Notes: generated from the letters alone by a model not told the origin. Shown: positions 38,610 to 51,928, numbered from the stretch's first letter. The stretch: 64,000 nucleotides of DNA from Octopus sinensis (GCF_006345805.1 NC_043005.1:88784001-88848000), one strand, 5' to 3'. A program made the numbers and translations.

Positions 38610-39540
38610 GGAAAGGAAGCAGTTGGAAACTCCCTATGCTCTGATTGTTGATACATCTAGTGATGGTGTCACAACAAAAACACTGGTAATTGTGCAACCT
38701 GATAATTGCTACCTCATATGAGTGACAATGAAAAAACAGAATAATGTGAATAACAGTTGTAAAGAAACTGAGGCCCTTGATGGTGACAGTGTTGCATCCG
38801 GCAGGTTCAGAGATTCTGGTCCAACTCCAGCCTGTCGTTATCCAGCAATGGACCAGCACACATGGCGTAGATGGAACAAACAAGTCAATGCTGTGGTCAT
38901 GGATTGTTACTACCTGAGTAATCCTGTAGACGAAAATGGTGTTCATATTAAGGGTACTGACAACGTATGTATGATCAATGGGGAGAAAGAGGATTGTTTC
39001 AACTCACAGAACAGATTATGTGATCAAGCTAGAGCAATAAGAAAAAATTGTTGGTTTGAAGAATAGACAACTACGGAAATTATTGAATGGAATAGTCGCA
39101 GAGTCAATGTATGGACATCTGGAGAAAAATGGAGCCCTGCCACATGAGCAGAAGGGTTGCAAACGTAAGTGCAGAGGTACAAAGGATCAACTCCTGGTAG
39201 ACAAAACTGTACTATGAGACTGCAAGAGGAGGAAAAGTAACTTAGCCATGGCATGGATCAAGTATCGTAAGGCGTACGATATGACCCCACATTCTTGGAT
39301 TATGGAATCTATGAACCTATTTGGTATTGCATCGAGTGTTGAGCGATTGCTTGGAAAAAGTATGGTGAAGTGGAAGATGGAACGACAGCATATGGAAGAA
39401 GTTTAGGGACAATAAGATATCAGGAGAGGCATCTTCCAAGGGGACTGCCAGTCCCCACTGATCTTTGTACTGTGCTTGATACCACTAACACTGATTCTGA
39501 GGAAAGCAAAGGCTGGGTATGTATTCTAGAGCCGCCAACA
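38610..39540 (+). mobile_element. R4/Dong-like relic 2 (internally deleted)
   Basis: RRWNKQVNAVVMDCYYLS...[12 protein letters not shown], then AWIKYRKAYDMTPHSWIMES and a frameshifted RGIFQG. Confidence 0.75.
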
Positions 39541-39544
39541 AAAA

Positions 39545-40100
39545 GTCAGGGTACATTTCGATCCTTTCACATGCACAGTTTTCACGAAGAAAAAGAAAAC
39601 TTGGATATTTTTTTGAATGGAATCAAGTGCCCTGATCTCTTAAATATGCTGAAACCCCTTAATTTTGTTTCGAAAAAGAGTGGGGACCAGACCCACCCCC
39701 ATATCCCGGAATCATTGGAATTTTTTTATCATTGAATGAATTCCGGTGACCTAATATGCTACAAAACCTTTTTTGGGGGTTTGAAAAACAAGGTGGGTGG
39801 GATAGGGAGAGCCTTCGGAAATTTCACCCCCACCTCCATTTTCAAATCTTTTTTGCTGTTTCTTTCTTTACCCATAATTTTAGATAACGTTTTGCAGGAA
39901 TACGTTTTCGAGAGAGTGTGGATTACATTAGATTGAAAATTCAAATAAGTTTGAAATGAATAAGTGAAAATGCGGAGGTTAGTGATAACGATGTGTGTGG
40001 AGAGATAACGCACGATTAATTCATCTAAAAAAAAGAAAAAAACCTGTTAGAGTTTTTGCATGTATGTGTGAAACGAAGTAAAAATATAATATTAAAACAA
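39545..40100 (-). mobile_element. Heavily degraded Tc1-like transposase
   Basis: MGKERNSKKDLK...KFPKALPIP N-terminus and an ETK-like catalytic-region remnant. Confidence 0.45.
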
Positions 40101-40236
40101 AATATCATTTTCCTACCTCTTAAAATCACAGGATAAATAATATTATATAATAATCACAGATTGCAGAATAGATTTGAAAAAAATAAAGCATTTTCCCTTT
40201 GCAAATTTTGGCGCCGAAATGAGTTTCATTTTTTGG

Positions 40237-40292
<56 letters not shown>

Positions 40293-40643
40293 GACGAAGT
40301 TTATCTAAACTTTGAATGGTGTAACAATATATCATAATTATATATATCATTATATATCATCATCATTATCATGATCATCGTCATCATCATCATTTAACGT
40401 CTGCTTCCCATGCTGGCATGCGTTGGACAGTTTGACTGAGGACTGGTGAGCCAGGAGGCTGCAATCAGGCTCCAGTCTGTTCTAGCAATGTTTCTACAGC
40501 TGGATGCCCTTCCCAACGCCAACCACACCGAGAGTGTAGTGGACGCTTTTTATCCTCAGTCAAACCGTCCAACCTATGCCAGCATGGAAAGCAGACGTTC
40601 AACGATAATGACGATGATGATATATAATGATATATATATATAA

Positions 40644-40696
<53 letters not shown>

Positions 40697-40822
40697 ATTA
40701 TGATATATTGTTACACCATTCAAAGTTTAGGTAAACTTCGTCACCCACTCAATCAATCTCTTTCTTTCTCTCTCTCTCTCTCCACCCTTCTCTCTCTCTC
40801 ACCCCCAAAATGAAACTCATTT

Positions 40823-42380
40823 CTACCATGAACGAGGTAGCACCAATAATCATAAAATATATAACACATTCCATGAATAAATGGCAGACACTGCTACAGC
40901 TCCAAACAAAAGAAGGACTCATAAAAACCAAAGCCATTCTCATTAGAAGAGGAATATTCCAGGGTGACACGCTCTCTCCACCCCTTTTCTGCTTGGTACT
41001 GACGCCTTTCTCTGACTTGCTAAACAGAACTGGATGCGGATACAAATGTTACGACAAAACAATCAGCAGCCTTTTATACATGGATGACCTAAAACTGTAT
41101 GCTACAAATGACAAACAGCTGGAAACATTAGTACAGACAGTACATGGATTTACCAAAGAAATAAACATGAAATTTGGCTCAGGAAAATGTGCCAAAGTAA
41201 CCTTGGAAAGAGGAAAACTAGTTAAGAGTAGCAACATCACACTAGATAAAGAAAATATGAGAGAATTAGACCAAAGCCAAACTTACAAATATTTAGGAAT
41301 CCACGAACTAGATACGATACAACACACAAAAATGAATGAGAAAATAAAGAAAGAATACTATAGACGAGTTAGATCAATACTAAAAACAAGATAATAGATA
41401 TTAGCCGTACCAGTTATAAGTTACAGCTACAATATCCTTATCTGGACTCTAAATGAACTAATCAAAATAGACAGGAAAAAACCCCCATATGATTTAGGAT
41501 GCACCACACAAGATCTGACAGAAAGGTTATATATATAGAATGTATCGAAAGTGGTAGAGGCCTTATACAGCTAGAAAACTATTACAAAATAACCACAATA
41601 GGACAACAGAAATACCTAATTCAGAAGCAAGGAAAACTAGTACAAATAGTCACAAAACATGAACAAAACAAAGAAAAACTGTTTTCAGTCTTTAAGGAAG
41701 CTGACAAATACAAAAAAGAAGTCATAGTACCTAACAACTATGAAGAAGAAGAAGAAACAATAAAAGCTGTAAAACAGCTGAAATCCAAACTAAAACTGGA
41801 CCAGCAACGGATCATGATAAAAAGATAAGAAAAGCCCCATCATGGCGAATACTGGGTTAAACTAAACAGAAAATAAGCAGACAAAGCAAAATCTAAAGAT
41901 TGGGTGAGAAGATCAGGGCTCAAAGCAGAGACTGAAGGATTTTTAATTGCAGCACAAGTCCAAAGCCTCCCACGAGATATTACGAAAAACATATAATGAA
42001 AAGAAACATAACAAGTAACTGCAGAATATATGGAGATGGACAAGAAACGATAAACCATATTGTCTCAGGCTAAGAAGGAATATATTCATGGGCACGACAG
42101 AGTTGGGACCTATATACACTGGAAGCTATGCCAAGACTATGGAATAACAACAGAAAAGAGATGGTATATGCATACACCAGAAAAGGTCACAGACAATGAG
42201 AAAGCAACCTCACTCTGGAATATGCCAATACACACAGATAGAGAAATTAAGGCCAATAGGCCGGATATAATTATCAGAGATTATTAAAAAAATGCTTTTT
42301 AATCAATGTATCAATACCAACAGATGACAACGTTGGTATGTTCCCACAAAACCTGTGATAAAAAAAAAAAAATAATAATA
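40823..42380 (+). mobile_element. R4/Dong-like relic 3 (RT plus RLE) ending in an A/(TAA) tail
   Basis: RRGIFQGDTLSPPLFCL...LLYMDDLKLYA...YKYLGI; HDRVGTYIHWKLC...LWNMPIHTDREIKANRPDII; ends aaaaaaaaaaaataataataat. Confidence 0.9.
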
Positions 42381-42393
42381 ATGATTTGTTTAC

Positions 42394-42620
42394 CTTTAGT
42401 GCCATAGAGGACGGGAAATATTCCAGCGATACAAGCGACTCCAGCTAAAACCATGACGCTAGCATGCAATTTTTTTCTTCCAGCACGATTTAACAAAAGG
42501 ATGCACAGAGTATAGGCCGGAAACTCGACAACCGAATTCAAAAAATAATTCACGTAGAAATTGCCATACAATTTGCCAACATTAAGAGTAAGGCCGTAAT
42601 ATACCAAGCTCACAATCACC
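42394..42620 (-). CDS. SLC22-family transporter internal exon (around TM7-9)
   Basis: tttttatag|G (completing W) VIVSLVYYGLTLNVGKLYGNFYVNYFLNSVVEFPAYTLCILLLNRAGRKKLHASVMVLAGVACIAGIFPVLYGTK G|GTAAAC; 227 bp, phase 2 to 1. Confidence 0.9.
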
Positions 42621-43750
42621 CTATAAAAAAGAAATAAAACATTTTATATAATGTACAAAAATGCACAAAAATTGCAGATCAAACCCTGGTTAGATGGTTG
42701 CGTAATTTCTTAGAGAGAATTATGATAATTTGAACGTTGAGACCAACAGCAAGTAAAGTTATACAACTAACTGTCTAATATAGACAACTAAGACAACTCA
42801 ACAGCTGAGACAGAGTTAGCCAATGAGAGCCAATTGATGGGGGCAACTTTAGTTCGTTGGATAAATGGTGAGTAGATGGTTTGTATGTATATGTGGCCAT
42901 TTTTGGTTTATGTGTGTATAGAGTGTTTATGTTTATGGAGTAGAAAATATTGTGATAAGCAGAATTCACTGATTTGTCTGTAGTCTCTGACACTTGTTAG
43001 CCAACGGTAATTCTTAGTGAAATAGTTTTCGAAATTTGATGAAGGGCCCTGCCTAAATCCTCATATCCTTCCTCTTCCTCACAGTAAAGAAATACCTAAA
43101 AAGGTTTGTCAGTTTGCCTCATGATTGCAGCAAAGTAGAAAAGGTGTTACCCCAGATAGTGGTGAGCAGGGATATGGCCCAGGGGCTAAGAATGTTGGAA
43201 GTCTCCACTGCTACAGGCTTGACCACAAACCTGTTAAAGAGTGACCAATACTTTAATAACCTACTTTTAAAGGCATTAGACAAATTCAACACTTTTGCTA
43301 CCATATTTTTGCTAAAATACGTTAATTTTATCTGAATGAGTTTTGAAAATAACGAAAAATTTAATGAAATAACTTACCCATAATTAAGCTGGCGTTTGGA
43401 GCACAAATTGACATGAAATTTTATCAGTAAATTTCAAATTAGGTCAAACAGGAAGTTTGTATGGAAGAACAAGAGACATTTTTATGTGGGATGACCCCTA
43501 ATTTGCCATTTCTATATACGAAGACCACGAAGAAATCTGGTGAAACAGAATTTATTTTAGCGAGATACCTATTGGAATCAGCTGCGGAGACACATCTACA
43601 CCGTTGGATATACCTAAAACTAATGTTCGGAATCCCAGCCAAAAGGGACGAATGCTTGACGGGTTGAAACAACTGTAGTGATCAATAAACATTCCCGTAA
43701 ATTCCATATTCTGTTTCTCTCATTAATCAAATATTAATATATATACATGA

Positions 43751-43994
43751 ATAAAATCAAAATAAGCAACAGGATATCCAGAGGTGATGCAGTACGACCG
43801 TTCCAAGCGGCTCCATTTAATTGAACAATGCAATCATTACATCAATTTAAATGCAGGGCTATCCTCAGTTGCATAAATAGATAAATAGCCCTGTATTAAA
43901 ACTGATGTAATGATTGCATTGTTCAATTAATGGAGCCACTTGAAATGGCCGTACTGCATCACCTCTGGACATCCTGTTGCTTATTTGACTTTAT
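43751..43994. mobile_element. Near-complete hairpin repeat
   Basis: aaataagcaacaggatatccagaggtgatgcagtac is mirrored by gtactgcatcacctctggacatcctgttgcttattt; arms meet almost at the centre. A similar start appears at 63961-64000. Confidence 0.8.
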
Positions 43995-44129
43995 TTACCT
44001 TATTTTGAAGTTGTACGGATAATACCACACTAATTTTTTATGCTTCAACTTAAGTACGTAATTCATCTGAATCTCAATTATTTTGCTTAACACATCAACA
44101 AAACCTATACAACACTTCTGGTACTTAAC

Positions 44130-44535
44130 TTCAACAGGATGGAAAAGATAAATATGGAATTTTCTCAGAAGGACATCCCCTTACATAATAATGATACCTA
44201 AATATGGCTGCTAATCCATAGGACAAATGAGTTTGTTTGGAGGATGAGGTGGATAGCTTACCATCATGAGACTAAGAAGAAAAATAGAATCTTAGAAACA
44301 TATGATAAAAATTATTATAAGAAGATATTGAAAAGCAGAAAAAAACCCTCCACCTAGCCCACGACTAGAAAATTTTTGAAAAAAACTTATTTGAACTAAT
44401 AGCTAATGTAAAATTCAATGAATACCCACTTCGAAAAAAAAAACAACTTACATCTGAGGAAACTTAGGCATTTATTGAATCATTGCAGAACAATCCAGAA
44501 ATACTTGTACCAGCAGATAAAACTGGAAACTTCTT
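44130..44535 (+). mobile_element. Penelope-like (Naiad-like) N-terminal fragment
   Basis: PRLENFEKNLFELIANVKF...ILVPADKTGNF. Confidence 0.5.
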
Positions 44536-45121
44536 GTTGAAGTTTTGTAGTACACTTATCCCAAGAACGCATACTTAAATTTTATGTATCTTCCATGAAA
44601 AGTAAATGTGTTTGCACTTTCAAAGAGGCTCTGTCCCGTGTTATAAACCCTATGAAGGGGGTTAAATAATATTGTAAGATGGTTAAATTTTGGAAATCAT
44701 CTTTATTTAGTACCTGGTAGTTATGTTGTTATTTTCATTGAAATCGGAGGTATCTGAAATTTTACAGGGGGTGTTTGCCCCACTTTAAGCCCCTTAATCG
44801 CAATGGAAAGTAAATTTTATGTAGCTGATCGTCTTTCTCGTAAAATTTTACATGAGAACACATACTTTGTCTTTACGTCCTATAGATGTACAGACACACA
44901 GACGTTGAGCTTTATTATATAAGATATATATATATATATATGGCCATGCCTTGACCTCCGTGCCAGTGGCACGTAAAAACCACCCACTCCACTCACGGAG
45001 TGACTGGCGTTAGGAAGAGCATCCAGCTGTAGAAACACTGCCAGATCAGACTGGAGCCTGGTGCAGCCTCCAGTCGAACAATCCAACCCATGCTACCATG
45101 GAAAACGGACGTTATACGATG

Positions 45122-45146
<25 letters not shown>

Positions 45147-45152
<6 letters not shown>

Positions 45153-45867
45153 TAGTTATCGCCATACTAATATGGCAGTCTATAAATAAGACTAAAGCTG
45201 TCGCTGATTAGCTCCAAGAGGCCATCGCCTCTAGCTAGCTATTTGACACACGAACCTGCGTCCATTACAACCTTCGAACATGTCTGCAGATGTCTGACTA
45301 GCAAGGTGAAGCGGCTGACTTCCCCTGTTCGAAGGTTGTAATGGACGCAGGTTCGTGTGTCAAATAGCTAGCTAGAGGCGATGGCCTCTTGGAGCTAATC
45401 AGCGACAGCTTTAGTCTTATTTATAGACTGCCATATTAGTATGGCGATAACTATTAATACCCAGTAACGCTGCCGTAATCTCCTTTAGAGAGACTTAGTA
45501 ATTTTAATATTTCTATTATTGAAAACAAGTGGATGTATTCCACTGTAACTAGGTAAATAAAATCTTCGAACAGACGGCCAGTAGCGACACCTGCTGGTTC
45601 TGGCTACGCTGCATTGATAAAGGGCAACAACCCTGAAACATGTCTGCAGATGTCTGACTAGCAAGGTGAAGCGGCTGACCTCCCCTGTTCCAAGGTTGTA
45701 ATGGACGCAGGTTCGTGTGTCAAATAGCTAGCTAGAGGCGATGGCCTCTTGGAGCTAATCAGCGACAGCTTTAGTCTTATTTATAGACTGCCATATTAGT
45801 ATGGCGATAACTATTAATACCCAGTAACGCTGCCGTAATCTCCTTTAGAGAGACTTAATAATTTTAA

Positions 45868-45872
<5 letters not shown>
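45147..45872. repeat. 134-bp perfect inverted repeat plus a 360-bp-period direct repeat
   Basis: 45147-45280 is the reverse complement of 45326-45459; about 45278-45512 is repeated at 45638-45872 with about 3 substitutions. Confidence 0.9.
45609..45649 (+). ncRNA. Degenerate minimal type I hammerhead motif
   Basis: CUGCA-UUGAUAA-AGGG-CAACAA-CCCU-GAAAC-AU-GUC-UGCAG. Stems I and II are perfect; the core differs from CUGAUGA at two positions. Confidence 0.55.
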
Positions 45873-45965
<93 letters not shown>

Positions 45966-46044
45966 ATAAATATATATTTATAATAAATATATATATATAT
46001 ATATATAGTAAATATATATATTTATAATAAATATATATATTTAT

Positions 46045-46098
<54 letters not shown>

Positions 46099-46224
46099 TA
46101 TATATAATATAATATATATATATATATATAATAAATATATATATATATAAGAAATATATATATATATATATATATAAGAAATATATATATATATATGTTT
46201 ATAATAAATATATATATATATATT

Positions 46225-46272
<48 letters not shown>
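45873..46272. repeat. (TA)n-rich / (CA)n low-complexity tract
   Basis: Seen directly. Confidence 0.95.
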
Positions 46273-46280
<8 letters not shown>

Positions 46281-46281
46281 A

Positions 46282-48970
46282 CACTGGACATCCTAAGAGG
46301 ACACACACATGGAACAGTAAGCAAGTGGATAGAAATCAACATATAACCCACAACAAACATCGAGGAAATCCAAACCACACGAACACCAACCCATGCAACC
46401 CCACAAATTTACAAGATGGATAAAAACCAACCCCACTATCAATACAATACAAACACAATACATGAACCATCCACCTACCTACAAAGAAACCTGAACCCCA
46501 GTAATAGAAATTGGCTCAACAAACACAGAAGATGGGAAGAAAACAACTACCAAAGACAAAACAACACATACAGACCACACGGACCACCCCTACTACAATA
46601 AGAAAACCTAAGAACTGAAAATGGAATTTGGAGACGCAACAACACAACCTCTTTTTTAGGGAAAGGATACTTCAACCATACTCCAGACCCAATACACCAA
46701 AAATGCCGGATGAATTCACAAAACACATAGACCCCAAAATAATAAACCTATCTAAAAGAGAACTTAATGAAAATGAAATGAACCTACTACTAAAAGGCCT
46801 CAAATTTACACCTACACCCACTCCAAACCTCATAGAACTAAAAACTGATATAGACAACTTCAGCCGCCACCTCCGCCTTATGGAATTCTTTGAAAATAAA
46901 GAAACAGAAGATAACTCACTCATAAAAAAAAAATCCCATTTCACCCCTTACAAGGGAAGTGACAAACACCTTGACGCATACATAGAGACAATATCCAAAT
47001 TCCCTCTCAACACACACAAATGCAAACAGAATCTCCGCAGAGGAGAAAAACAAGCCTTACAAAAACTAAAAAATGACAAGTCAATCATTATAAAAGAAGC
47101 TGACAAAGGTGGAGCAATAGTTATTATGGATACAGATTACTACAAAGAAAAGATACTGGAGTTACTGAACAACCAGACATACTATAAAGAGGAACCAACA
47201 CAACCCGAGAAAGCAACAATAAAAAAAATTAGAACTTTAGTCAATGAATACCAGGACTCCTTTACAGATAAGGAGAAAGACTATCTATGCAACTCAAGAA
47301 CCAAAGAAAACAATTTTTATGGATTACCTAAAATTCATAAAAGCTCTGGAATACAGAAAGCCATAAAGGAACAGAGGAACCACTATATAAGAATACAAAG
47401 GCCTGCAGACCTCACAATGAGACCAATAGTGGCAGGACTCCAGGCACCAACACAACAACTAAACCACTTCATAGATGTACTCCTCAAACCTTTATACCCA
47501 CAGATACCAAGCTACATAAGGGATGACATAGACTTCCTCATACACATTCCAAATACAGTCCCGAAAAACACCATACTTGCAAGCTTCGATGTCACAAATC
47601 TGTACACAAACATACCACATATCCTAGGTCTGGAAGCAATAAAAGAATCGGTAAAAAAATACAGGGAACTCATAGACGAACGTTTCAAGACAGACTTTAT
47701 CACCCAAGCCACCCAATTAATACTCGAAGAAAATACATTCTCATTCAACAACGAGACATACCGACAGATAAAGGGCACGGCCATGGGTACAAAATTCGCA
47801 CCTTCATATGCCAACCTGGTGATGGGTTTCCTGGAGAACAAACTATACGATGAAATAGGGAAAGTCTTCGAACACGACTTCAGAGAAGACATCAAGAAAA
47901 AGTGGAAACGCTACCTCGATGACTGCTTCATATTTTGGAACAGATCAGAAGAAGACCTACGAATATTCCACAACATCCTCAACACGCTGCACCCATCTAT
48001 CAACTTCACAATAGATACCAGCCAGAACGAACTTCCCTTCCTAGACATCAACATCAAAATACACAACTCCATCATCACAACAGACATCCACTACAAAAAA
48101 ACCGACACACATCAATATTTAAATTTCCACTCCTGCCATCCATCCCACACAAAAAGAAACATCCCATATAGTATGGCAAGACGAATATGTAGCATAGTAA
48201 CTGACGCACAAACACGACTAATAAGACTAGATGAACTTAAAAACTTCCTACTAGAGCAAAAATACCCCCTTAAACTAATAGAAAATGGAATCACAAGAGC
48301 AATGGAACTAGACATCGCACAACTCGGACACCCAAAACAAAAAACAAAGAAAACATTATCCCTTTCATAAACACGCACAACCCTGGAGTTACCAACATGT
48401 TCCAAATCATACATTCAAACCTGCCAATAGCCTTACAAAGCCCCAAAATGGAAAACATACTAAACAAATATTGCATAAGAAACAGTAGACGACGAGACAA
48501 AAACCTAAAGAAACATCTAACAAGAGCGAAATTCTCTTCAGAAACTAAAACTGAATTCTTTGCAAAAGAGTGCGGAGATGGTAGATGTGGGATCTGCAGC
48601 AACCCCACCTACGAATACATAGAGGGAGACAAAGAGGTGAAATTGAAAAGTGGTTACGTATTTAAAGTAAATGCAGATATGAACTGCAAGACGCAGAACG
48701 TTATATACTGCATAACCTGCCCCACGTGCAAGGAGGATTACATAGGTGAAACTGGTAATTCTTTGTGCCAGCGAGTCAGGATTCACCGACAACATGTTCG
48801 GCAGGAAGAACTACGCAAGATACCACTAAGTACACACCTAGCTACACGTGGAGAAGGAAAATTTAAGATCTTTCCCTTCTACAAATGTCCGAAGAACGAC
48901 ACTTCTTTCAGGAGGAATATGGAAAAATATTTCATAGCTAAGTTCTCCCCCAAATTGAATGGTTGAAAAT
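46282..48970 (+). mobile_element. Near-intact Penelope-like retroelement (Neptune-type): RT plus GIY-YIG
   Basis: ORF 46628-48370: KEADKGG, FYGLPKIHK, MRPIV, FDVTNLYTNIP, GTAMGTKFAPSYANL, RYLDDCF. After one frameshift, ORF 48397-48966: CGDGRCGIC linker and NVIYCITCPTCKEDYIGET. Confidence 0.95.
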
Positions 48971-49019
48971 ATCTCTATAATAAGCTGTACCAGATGAAGG
49001 ACCAAATTTGCTAAGTAAA

Positions 49020-49026
49020 CTGTATT

Positions 49027-49115
<89 letters not shown>

Positions 49116-49384
49116 CACACACAGAGTTCTACACATGTTTTGGTTTTTGAAAATACAACATTGAACAAAGGCTATCCTAATATTTGAATGAAACCATTTC
49201 ACTTTAATTTGTGGAACCAGTTGCTCCTGTATGATAAAACTTAATATTTATTTAACTGTCAATCAGTGAGATATTAGACTAAATCAATTGAAGATCAGAC
49301 AACAGACTCAGTGGTTGTCAGTTTGTATTCTATCATTTATAAATTCAACACAAGGAAGTCTCTTTTTCAAGTATGGACTGTATT

Positions 49385-49440
<56 letters not shown>

Positions 49441-49457
49441 ACACAGACACAGACACA

Positions 49458-49507
<50 letters not shown>

Positions 49508-49755
49508 TCTACACATGCTTTGATTTTTTGAAAATACAACATTGAACAAAGGATATTCTAATATTTGAATGAAACCATTTCACTTTGATTTGTGGAACCA
49601 GTTGCTCCGGTATGATAAAACTTAATATCTATTTAATCAGTGAGATATTAGACTAAATCAGTTGAAGATCAGATAACAGACTCAGTAGTTGTCGGTTTGT
49701 ATTCCGTCATTTGTAACTTCAACACAGGAGAGTCTCTCTTTTTCAAGTATGAACT
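49020..49755. repeat. Two-copy ~360-bp tandem duplication with (CA)n
   Basis: ctgtattaaac(ac)n agagttctacacatg...tttcaagtatg starts at 49020 and again at 49378. Confidence 0.9.
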
Positions 49756-50028
49756 TTATGAAATTTTACTCATCATACATTGAAGGACAAATCTTTCAAT
49801 TTACAATTTAATATAGTGGAGCATTTAGTATATATGTATATATATATATTACCTATTATATACATTATATTATTTTTGTAATTCCCTTAATCTTTACTTT
49901 TTAATTGTCATTTTAATTTAAACTTTTCTATGATATGCAATTTTCTAGATGGTGTAATTTAATTGTTCATTTTGAATCGATAAAAGGTGTTTTCTTTCTA
50001 ATATTTTATGTATATGTATGTATGTATG

Positions 50029-50093
<65 letters not shown>

Positions 50094-50265
50094 GTATAAA
50101 TATCAACACAAATATTTCTCCTTCCTCCTTTTTCTATCCTCTCTTCCCTTCTCCAAACTCACAGACACCCCCACACACACAGACACACACCTCCACAAAA
50201 CAATCATAAAAAGAATTCCTCTTCTCTAAACCCCAAAAAACATTTGACCATCCCTCATTAAACAT

Positions 50266-50302
<37 letters not shown>

Positions 50303-50524
50303 CGCAATGATAAAAAGAAATATAATTTATGGTCTACCACATACTCAATAACACTATGAAATGGTCAAAACTGAAATTCTTTTTCCCCAAGATCTTAGAC
50401 CCACCTTGGAGTAAATATCCTGTCCAGCAGAGCAAAAAAATTCTTTTCTTCTTCTTCCCTCTCCCCTCCCCTCTGTTTCTTTAGCACTCATTCCAAATAC
50501 AAAAACACACACACACACACGCAT

Positions 50525-50572
<48 letters not shown>

Positions 50573-50836
50573 ATACACAATGCTCTCTCTCTCTCTCACT
50601 TTCTCCTCATCCATCACCCTCTTGTACTGTCTTATGTCCCTCCCCACCACTACACACTTAATAACACTATAAAATGGTCAAAACTTTTCACACAGGAACT
50701 TAGTTTGATTTGAAAACCCCACTAGAATGGGAGAAAGCGCTAATACATGATCTAAGTTATATGATGTATAAAAAATGTAATATACAAATAAATATCTGTA
50801 AATATAAACCATCCGATTTTCTGAGTACCTCATTTC

Positions 50837-50876
<40 letters not shown>

Positions 50877-50879
<3 letters not shown>

Positions 50880-51415
50880 GGTCAGGCAAAATGATCTGAC
50901 ACATTTGTAGGTTAAATAAAAGGCAAATGAAGTAAAGAAACAAAAAAGGGTTTTTATTTTTGAAAAGTACATATAATGCCATTTTGTTTCATTATGTTTT
51001 AAAAATTAAATCAGTCAAATGGGATCCATTATTGTCCACACACTGTCGTGTGACATCGGTTGGCCCGCCCGTTCACCTGATTTAAATCCGTGCGATTTTT
51101 TACTCTGGGGATACCTCAAGTCAAAGGTATACATTAATCGCCCTCGATCTATTGAACAACTTAAAGATGCAATTCGTCAAGAAATTACTGCCATTCCACG
51201 TGATATGACCCGCCGAGTTATTGACAACTTTCGTGAACGCCTTCGACAGTGTGTCGACAATAATGGATCCCATTTGACTGATTTAATTTTTAAAACATAA
51301 TGAAACAAAATGGCATTATATGTACTTTTCAAAAATAAAAACACCTTTTTGTTTCTTTACTTCATTTGCCTTTTATTTAACCTACAAATGTGTCAGGTCA
51401 TTTTGCCTGACCCTG
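50877..51415 (+). mobile_element. Non-autonomous maT/DD37D-like element with 172-bp inverted arms
   Basis: Core WPARSPDLNPCDFLLWGYLKSKVY...RLRQCVDNNGSHLTDLIFKT*; 50877-51048 is the reverse complement of 51244-51415; TA on the left flank. Confidence 0.85.
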
Positions 51416-51729
51416 AATATATTAATATTGTACTAAAATTTTCTATATTAAATAATACACAGTAAAATGACGACGTGCGTTTTGTGACAATGTATTCAAA
51501 TCAACAATATTAAAATCGATAATCTCAAAGATTAATATTTCTTCTGTCCAACAATATATAGCCACTCTTCAGGTCTCTATAACATAAAATAAATGAGGAC
51601 GTTATAATTAAACTATACATTTATAAATAATCGATAAGATTTAACCATATTAATGAAAAGTAGGAGCATGACTTATCTTATTGATGAGCATCATTACACA
51701 CACAAAATTTAGAAGATTGACCACTAAAA

Positions 51730-51928
51730 GTGGACAGCCCGTATGCTAGATATAGACGTCAAAATCGCCATTTTCCACGGAGAATGTGTTCTCAAGAAAA
51801 CATTCCGCAGAAAACCAAAGCGTAAATATAAGCAAGAAAAATGAAAATATACGAAAAAAAAACCGATTACCTATGTACTAATTACTTTGGCGATTTTGAC
51901 GTCTATATCTAGCATACAGGCTGTCCAC
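51730..51928. mobile_element. 199-bp MITE with 41-bp TIRs flanked by direct TAAAA
   Basis: gtggacagcccgtatgctagatatagacgtcaaaatcgcca versus tggcgattttgacgtctatatctagcatacaggctgtccac. Confidence 0.8.

Noticed and set aside
43114-43672. ORFs at 43114-43335, 43119-43304, 43439-43672 and 43461-43667 in the SLC22 intron
   Set aside because: Not needed for the SLC22 reading frame and no identifiable family motif.
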